Shown here in pieces: positions 59,960-64,000 of a stretch of DNA of 64,000 nucleotides. The position numbers and the translations under genes were made by a program. Numbering within the stretch: the stretch's first letter is position 1; the number at the start of each line of letters is the position of its first letter. This DNA is from Myxococcota bacterium (GTDB lineage Bacteria > Myxococcota_A > UBA9160 > JAFDDA01), in NCBI GenBank assembly GCA_965228475.1, contig OZ245817.1, positions 2,368,001 to 2,432,000 of the forward strand. Reading direction: 5' to 3'. The notes under the pieces were generated by a model. It had not been told where the DNA came from. It saw only the letters and a list, made by a program, of their open reading frames with translations, and did no database searches.

Positions 59960-61548
59960 ACCCGCCCGCCACGCGCGCGCCCGTGCGCTGGCCCGAGGGA
60001 GCGGGCCTGGCGCTCCTTCTCGTCGGTACCTTCGCGGCGCGCTGGCCCTTCCGGAACGCGCCCCTGATTCGGGACGAAGGTGAGCTCGCCCACCTCGCCC
60101 AGGCGATCCTCGGCGGCGCCACGCCCTACCTCGACGTCTACAACCAGAAGACCCCGCTCGTCTTCTACGCCCTGGCCGGCGTGCAACAGGCGGCCGGCGA
60201 AGGGCTCGCAGCCCTGCGCACCGCGACCACGCTCCACGCGCTCGCGACGACCCTCGTCCTTTGGTGGCTCGCCCGGCGCCTGTTCGGCCCGCGCGCGGCG
60301 GGGATCACCGCGGGCGCCTTCGCGCTGATGAGCTTCGAGCACGTCGGGGTCGTGCACAGCGCGAGCCTCGAGTTCTTCGCCCTGATCTTCGGCGCGGCGA
60401 CGCTCCTCGCCTGGACCCACGGTGGCGCACGCGCCGCCTTCCTCGCCGGCGTGGCGGCCGCCCTCGCCTACCAGACGAAGCAGAACGCGCTCGTGCTCCC
60501 GATCTTCCTCGCAGCGGACTTCCTCTGGCATCGCGCGCTCGCGCTGCGGCCGGGCGGCAACGCGGGACGCGGCGGCCTTCGCCCCGCCCGGGAGCTGGCC
60601 GCCGCCACCGCCGGCTTCGCCCTCGTGACGGCGGCGACGCTCGCCTTCTTCGCGAGTCAGGGAGCGCTCGCGGCCTATCTCGAGTGCACCTGGTCGAACA
60701 ACTTCGCCTACGTCGGCGTCCGGCAGACAGGCATCGAGGACGTACTTCCGCGGCTCGTCGCGGAGACCCGCTACGCGGATCTGGGGCTCTGGGCCTTCGG
60801 CGCCGTCGGCCTCCTGGCCCTCGGCGGCCGGGCCCTGCGAGGCGCGGACGGCGAGAGCCGGGGCTCGCGGGCGAGCGGCCTCTGGATCCTGCTGGCCGGA
60901 ACCGCCGGCCTGGCGGTGCTCGGCGGGAACGTCGTCGGGCACTACTACGTGCCGCTCCTGCTCCCGCTCTCGCTCGGGGTGGGCTTCGCGGGAGACGCCC
61001 TCCTGCGCGCGGCGGCCGCAGCGCCCGCGCGGCGTCTGGCGGTCGTCGCGCTCCTGGCGCTGCTCACCCTGCCCGTCCTCGTCTCCTCCGCCCGCCGCCT
61101 CGCCGACCCCGAGGCCACGCTCGAGCGCATCTACGCGACGCTCGTCCCCGCCGGCATCGCCGAGGAGGTCGCCCACGCGCTCGCCGAGCGCACCGAACCC
61201 GGTGAGCCCGTTCTCGTCGTCGGGTCCGAGCCGCAGATCTACTACCATGCACGGCGCCCCGCCGCCTCGCGCATGGTGTTCAGCTATCCGATGACCGGCC
61301 CGTATCGTTTCGCGGCCGATCTCCGGAGGGAGTTCCTCGCGCAGATCGGCCCGGGCGGAGTGCGCTGGGTGGCCTACGTGAACAACCTGCAATCGCTCGC
61401 GAGCTCGCCCGCCGACGGCCGGCGCTTCGCCGCCGAGGTCGACCCGCTCCTCGAAGCCCACTACCGCGAGGGGCCGCGCTTCCGCGCGAAGAACCCGGCG
61501 ATCCGTGCGGACATGGTGATCCTCTACGAGCTGCGGGAGGCGCCGTGA
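59956..61548 (+). CDS. GT-C fold glycosyltransferase (ArnT/PMT, GT39-like)
   Basis: RDEG in first loop, PY.D...K.P, many TM helices, KQ, HYY. Confidence 0.85.
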   Translation: MNPPATRAPVRWPEGAGLALLLVGTFAARWPFRNAPLIRDEGELAHLAQAILGGATPYLDVYNQKTPLVFYALAGVQQAAGEGLAALRTATTLHALATTLVLWWLARRLFGPRAAGITAGAFALMSFEHVGVVHSASLEFFALIFGAATLLAWTHGGARAAFLAGVAAALAYQTKQNALVLPIFLAADFLWHRALALRPGGNAGRGGLRPARELAAATAGFALVTAATLAFFASQGALAAYLECTWSNNFAYVGVRQTGIEDVLPRLVAETRYADLGLWAFGAVGLLALGGRALRGADGESRGSRASGLWILLAGTAGLAVLGGNVVGHYYVPLLLPLSLGVGFAGDALLRAAAAAPARRLAVVALLALLTLPVLVSSARRLADPEATLERIYATLVPAGIAEEVAHALAERTEPGEPVLVVGSEPQIYYHARRPAASRMVFSYPMTGPYRFAADLRREFLAQIGPGGVRWVAYVNNLQSLASSPADGRRFAAEVDPLLEAHYREGPRFRAKNPAIRADMVILYELREAP

Positions 61549-62867
61549 ATCCGCTGCGCGTGCTCGCGATCGTGCTGGGCTTCGCTGCCGGAGGTTGCGG
61601 CGAAGCACCTGCGCCGCCCGAGCCGCTGGCCCGGAACGTCCTGCTGCTCACCGTCGACACGCTGCGCGCCGATGCCCTCGAGTGCTACGGCGGACCCGCC
61701 GGCTCCGGGCGCGCTCTGTGTTCGCTCGCCGAGGAAGGCCTGCGCTTCCACTGGGCGTTCTCCGCGGCCCCCTACACCGCGCCTTCCGTGGCCTCGATCC
61801 TGACCTCGCAGTACCCCTTCGAGCACGGGGTCCGCCAGAGCGCAGGCACGCTCCTGCGCGCGGAGGCCGACACCCTGGCCGAGGCCTTCCGCAGCGCGGG
61901 CTACGCGACGGCCGCCTTCGTCTCGAACCCCGTCCTCTCGCTCCCGAACATGGATCAGGGCTTCGACACCTACGACCTCGAGATGAGCCGCCGCGAGCGC
62001 AACCGCGACCTCGGCGAACGGGAAGCCGAAGCGACCACCGATGCCGCCCTGGCCTGGCTCGCCCAGGCGGGGGAGCGCCCGTGGTTCCTCTGGGTGCACT
62101 ACCAGGATCCCCATGGGCCCTACGAGACGCCCCATCCCTCCGCGGTTGCGGACGCGCCGGGCGAGCTCGAACTGAACGTGCTCGACAACGAGTCCGGCTA
62201 CGGCGGCATTCCGGCCTACCAGGCGCTCCCCGGCCTCTTCACGCGCCGCGCCTACCGGGAACGCTACGACGAAGAGGTCCGGTATCTCGACGAACACGTC
62301 GCGCGCCTGCTCGAAGCGCTCCCGGCGGACACGGGCATCGTCCTGACCGCCGACCACGGCGAGGCCTTCGGAGAGGACGGCTACTTCTTCGCCCACGGCC
62401 ACGGAATCGGCCTCGACCAGGTGCGGGTGCCCATGATCGTGCGCGCGCCCGGCGCCACGGCGGCGGTCCGCCAGACCCCGGTGAGCGGGATCGACGTCGC
62501 GCCGACCGCCCTCGCCCTCGCCGGGATCGAAGCGCCCGAGGGCTTCCGCGGCCGCTCGCTGCTCGCCGAGGATCTCGCGGGGCCCGTCTTCGCCGAGAGC
62601 CGGCACCAGCTCGCGACGATCGAGGCCGAGCGCTACGTCGCCGCGCCGCGGGGCGGCCGCGGGCAGGCGCGCCTACCGCGCTCGGCCGACCTCACGCCAG
62701 GCGCCGACCCCCCGCGCTACCGGCCCCTGCGCGAGCCGCCGGCCGGACACGCCAAGCTCTACGAAGACTTCGAGGCCCGGGCCGCCGAAGCTCCGCCTCC
62801 GCCCCAGCGCGACAACGTCTCGGAGGAGACCCGCGAGCGGCTGCGGGCCCTCGGCTACGTCGAATAG
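61545..62867 (+). CDS. sulfatase-like lipoprotein, Thr at nucleophile position
   Basis: AGGC lipobox; VDTLRAD, PYTAPS.AS.LT, DPHGPY, TADHGE..HG; ends LRALGYVE. Confidence 0.88.
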   Translation: MNPLRVLAIVLGFAAGGCGEAPAPPEPLARNVLLLTVDTLRADALECYGGPAGSGRALCSLAEEGLRFHWAFSAAPYTAPSVASILTSQYPFEHGVRQSAGTLLRAEADTLAEAFRSAGYATAAFVSNPVLSLPNMDQGFDTYDLEMSRRERNRDLGEREAEATTDAALAWLAQAGERPWFLWVHYQDPHGPYETPHPSAVADAPGELELNVLDNESGYGGIPAYQALPGLFTRRAYRERYDEEVRYLDEHVARLLEALPADTGIVLTADHGEAFGEDGYFFAHGHGIGLDQVRVPMIVRAPGATAAVRQTPVSGIDVAPTALALAGIEAPEGFRGRSLLAEDLAGPVFAESRHQLATIEAERYVAAPRGGRGQARLPRSADLTPGADPPRYRPLREPPAGHAKLYEDFEARAAEAPPPPQRDNVSEETRERLRALGYVE

Positions 62868-62902
62868 TTCCCGTCAACGGCGCGCCGCGCCCCGGAGACG
62901 CC

Positions 62903-64000
62903 ATGCTCCACTACGAATCGGTCCGCGAACTCACGAAACGCCTGCGCGAGCGCTCGCTCGGCTCCCTCGAACTCCTCGACCATCTGATCAAGCGGGTCAG
63001 CGCCCGCGATGGAGAGCTGAACGCCGTCGTCGCACGCGACTTCGACCGCGCGCGGGAGCGGGCCCGCGCCGCCGATGCGGCCCTCGACCGCGGCGAATCC
63101 GGCCAGCCCCTGCTCGGACTCCCCGTCCTGATCAAGGACGCCCTCGAAACGGAGGGGCTCACGACGGCGTGCGGCGCCCCGGAGCTCGCCTCCCACGTGC
63201 CCGGCACGAACGCCGATGCCGTCCAGCGCTACGTCGATGCGGGCGCCATCGTCTTCGGGAAGACCAACGTTCCGCTCTACGCGGGCGACAGCCAGTCCTT
63301 CAACGAGGTCTATGGCACGACGAACAACCCCTGGGATCCGACGCGCACGCCCGGCGGATCCTCGGGCGGCGCCGCGGCGGCCCTCGCGGCCGGCTTCACG
63401 CCCCTCGATATCGGAAGCGACATCGGCGGCTCGATCCGCGTGCCGGCCCACTTCTGCGGCGTCTACGGGCACAAGCCGACCTGGGGAATCGTCTCCGACC
63501 TCGGGCACATCCCCGGCCCGCCGGGGCAGCTCGCCACCACGGACCTCGGCGTGCTCGGCCCGATGGCGCGCAGCGCAGAGGACCTCGCCCTCGGACTCTC
63601 GCTCCTCGCCGGCCCGCGGCCGACGAACGAACGCGGCGGCTGGCGCCTCGACCTGCCCGCGCCGCGAGCGACCCGGCCCGGCGGGCTCCGCGTCGCCGCC
63701 TGGTTCGACGACCCCTTCTGCCCGGTCGACGCCGCCTCGCTCGCGTGCCTCGAGGACTTCGCCGCGCGGCTCGAGAAGGAAGGCGCCAAGGTCGACCGCC
63801 GCGCGCGGCCGGAGATCGACTTCGCGAGCGCCCACGAGACCTACCTGAACCTGCTGCTCCCGATCATCGGCGCGGGCTTCCCCGCGGAGGTCATCGAGGG
63901 CCTGCGCGCGGTGGCCGCCGGCGCGGCGGACGACGACGAGAGCCCGCTCGTCCGGCAGGCCCGGGCGACGCTCCTCCCCCACCGGGAGTGGATCGTCCAG
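62903..64000 (+). CDS. amidase signature family protein, 3'-truncated by window edge
   Basis: Own translation: IKD, GKTNVP, TPGGSSGGAAAA, GSDIGGSIRVPAHFCG. Absent from the ORF track because there is no stop within the window. Confidence 0.92.
   Translation, partial: MLHYESVRELTKRLRERSLGSLELLDHLIKRVSARDGELNAVVARDFDRARERARAADAALDRGESGQPLLGLPVLIKDALETEGLTTACGAPELASHVPGTNADAVQRYVDAGAIVFGKTNVPLYAGDSQSFNEVYGTTNNPWDPTRTPGGSSGGAAAALAAGFTPLDIGSDIGGSIRVPAHFCGVYGHKPTWGIVSDLGHIPGPPGQLATTDLGVLGPMARSAEDLALGLSLLAGPRPTNERGGWRLDLPAPRATRPGGLRVAAWFDDPFCPVDAASLACLEDFAARLEKEGAKVDRRARPEIDFASAHETYLNLLLPIIGAGFPAEVIEGLRAVAAGAADDDESPLVRQARATLLPHREWIVQ

Overview
A very GC-rich, gene-dense bacterial chromosomal segment with about 62 CDS and one tRNA-Arg(CCT). 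I found no transposase, integrase, prophage or CRISPR array. The gene content (REC-PilZ protein, FYDLN protein, pcm-nlpD-apt, lipoproteins, PEP-CTERM) suggests a Gram-negative Myxococcota/deltaproteobacteria-like organism; this is inference. Housekeeping genes: queA, tgt, der, miaA, mutL, apt, pcm, thrS. The window appears to contain the replication terminus: a 28-bp XerC/D dif site at 14369-14396, with KOPS-like GGGNAGGG octamers converging on it. Most notable accessory loci: (i) a DUF4956-CotH kinase/beta-helix-VTC polyphosphate-polymerase operon facing a divergent lipoprotein metallophosphoesterase, a candidate polyP-fuelled cell-surface phosphorylation system; (ii) a histone-H1-like/FYDLN Zn-ribbon fusion next to dif; (iii) a PEP-CTERM-tagged GH10 xylanase; (iv) a Thr-type sulfatase-like / GT-C glycosyltransferase / Thr-type sulfatase-like module; (v) actinobacterial-type steroid side-chain genes (fadA5-like, ltp2/DUF35/MaoC) and an F420-type LLM oxidoreductase; (vi) several degenerate signalling proteins. 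All family calls come from motif recognition by eye; no searches were run. Several start codons were chosen manually and are uncertain.
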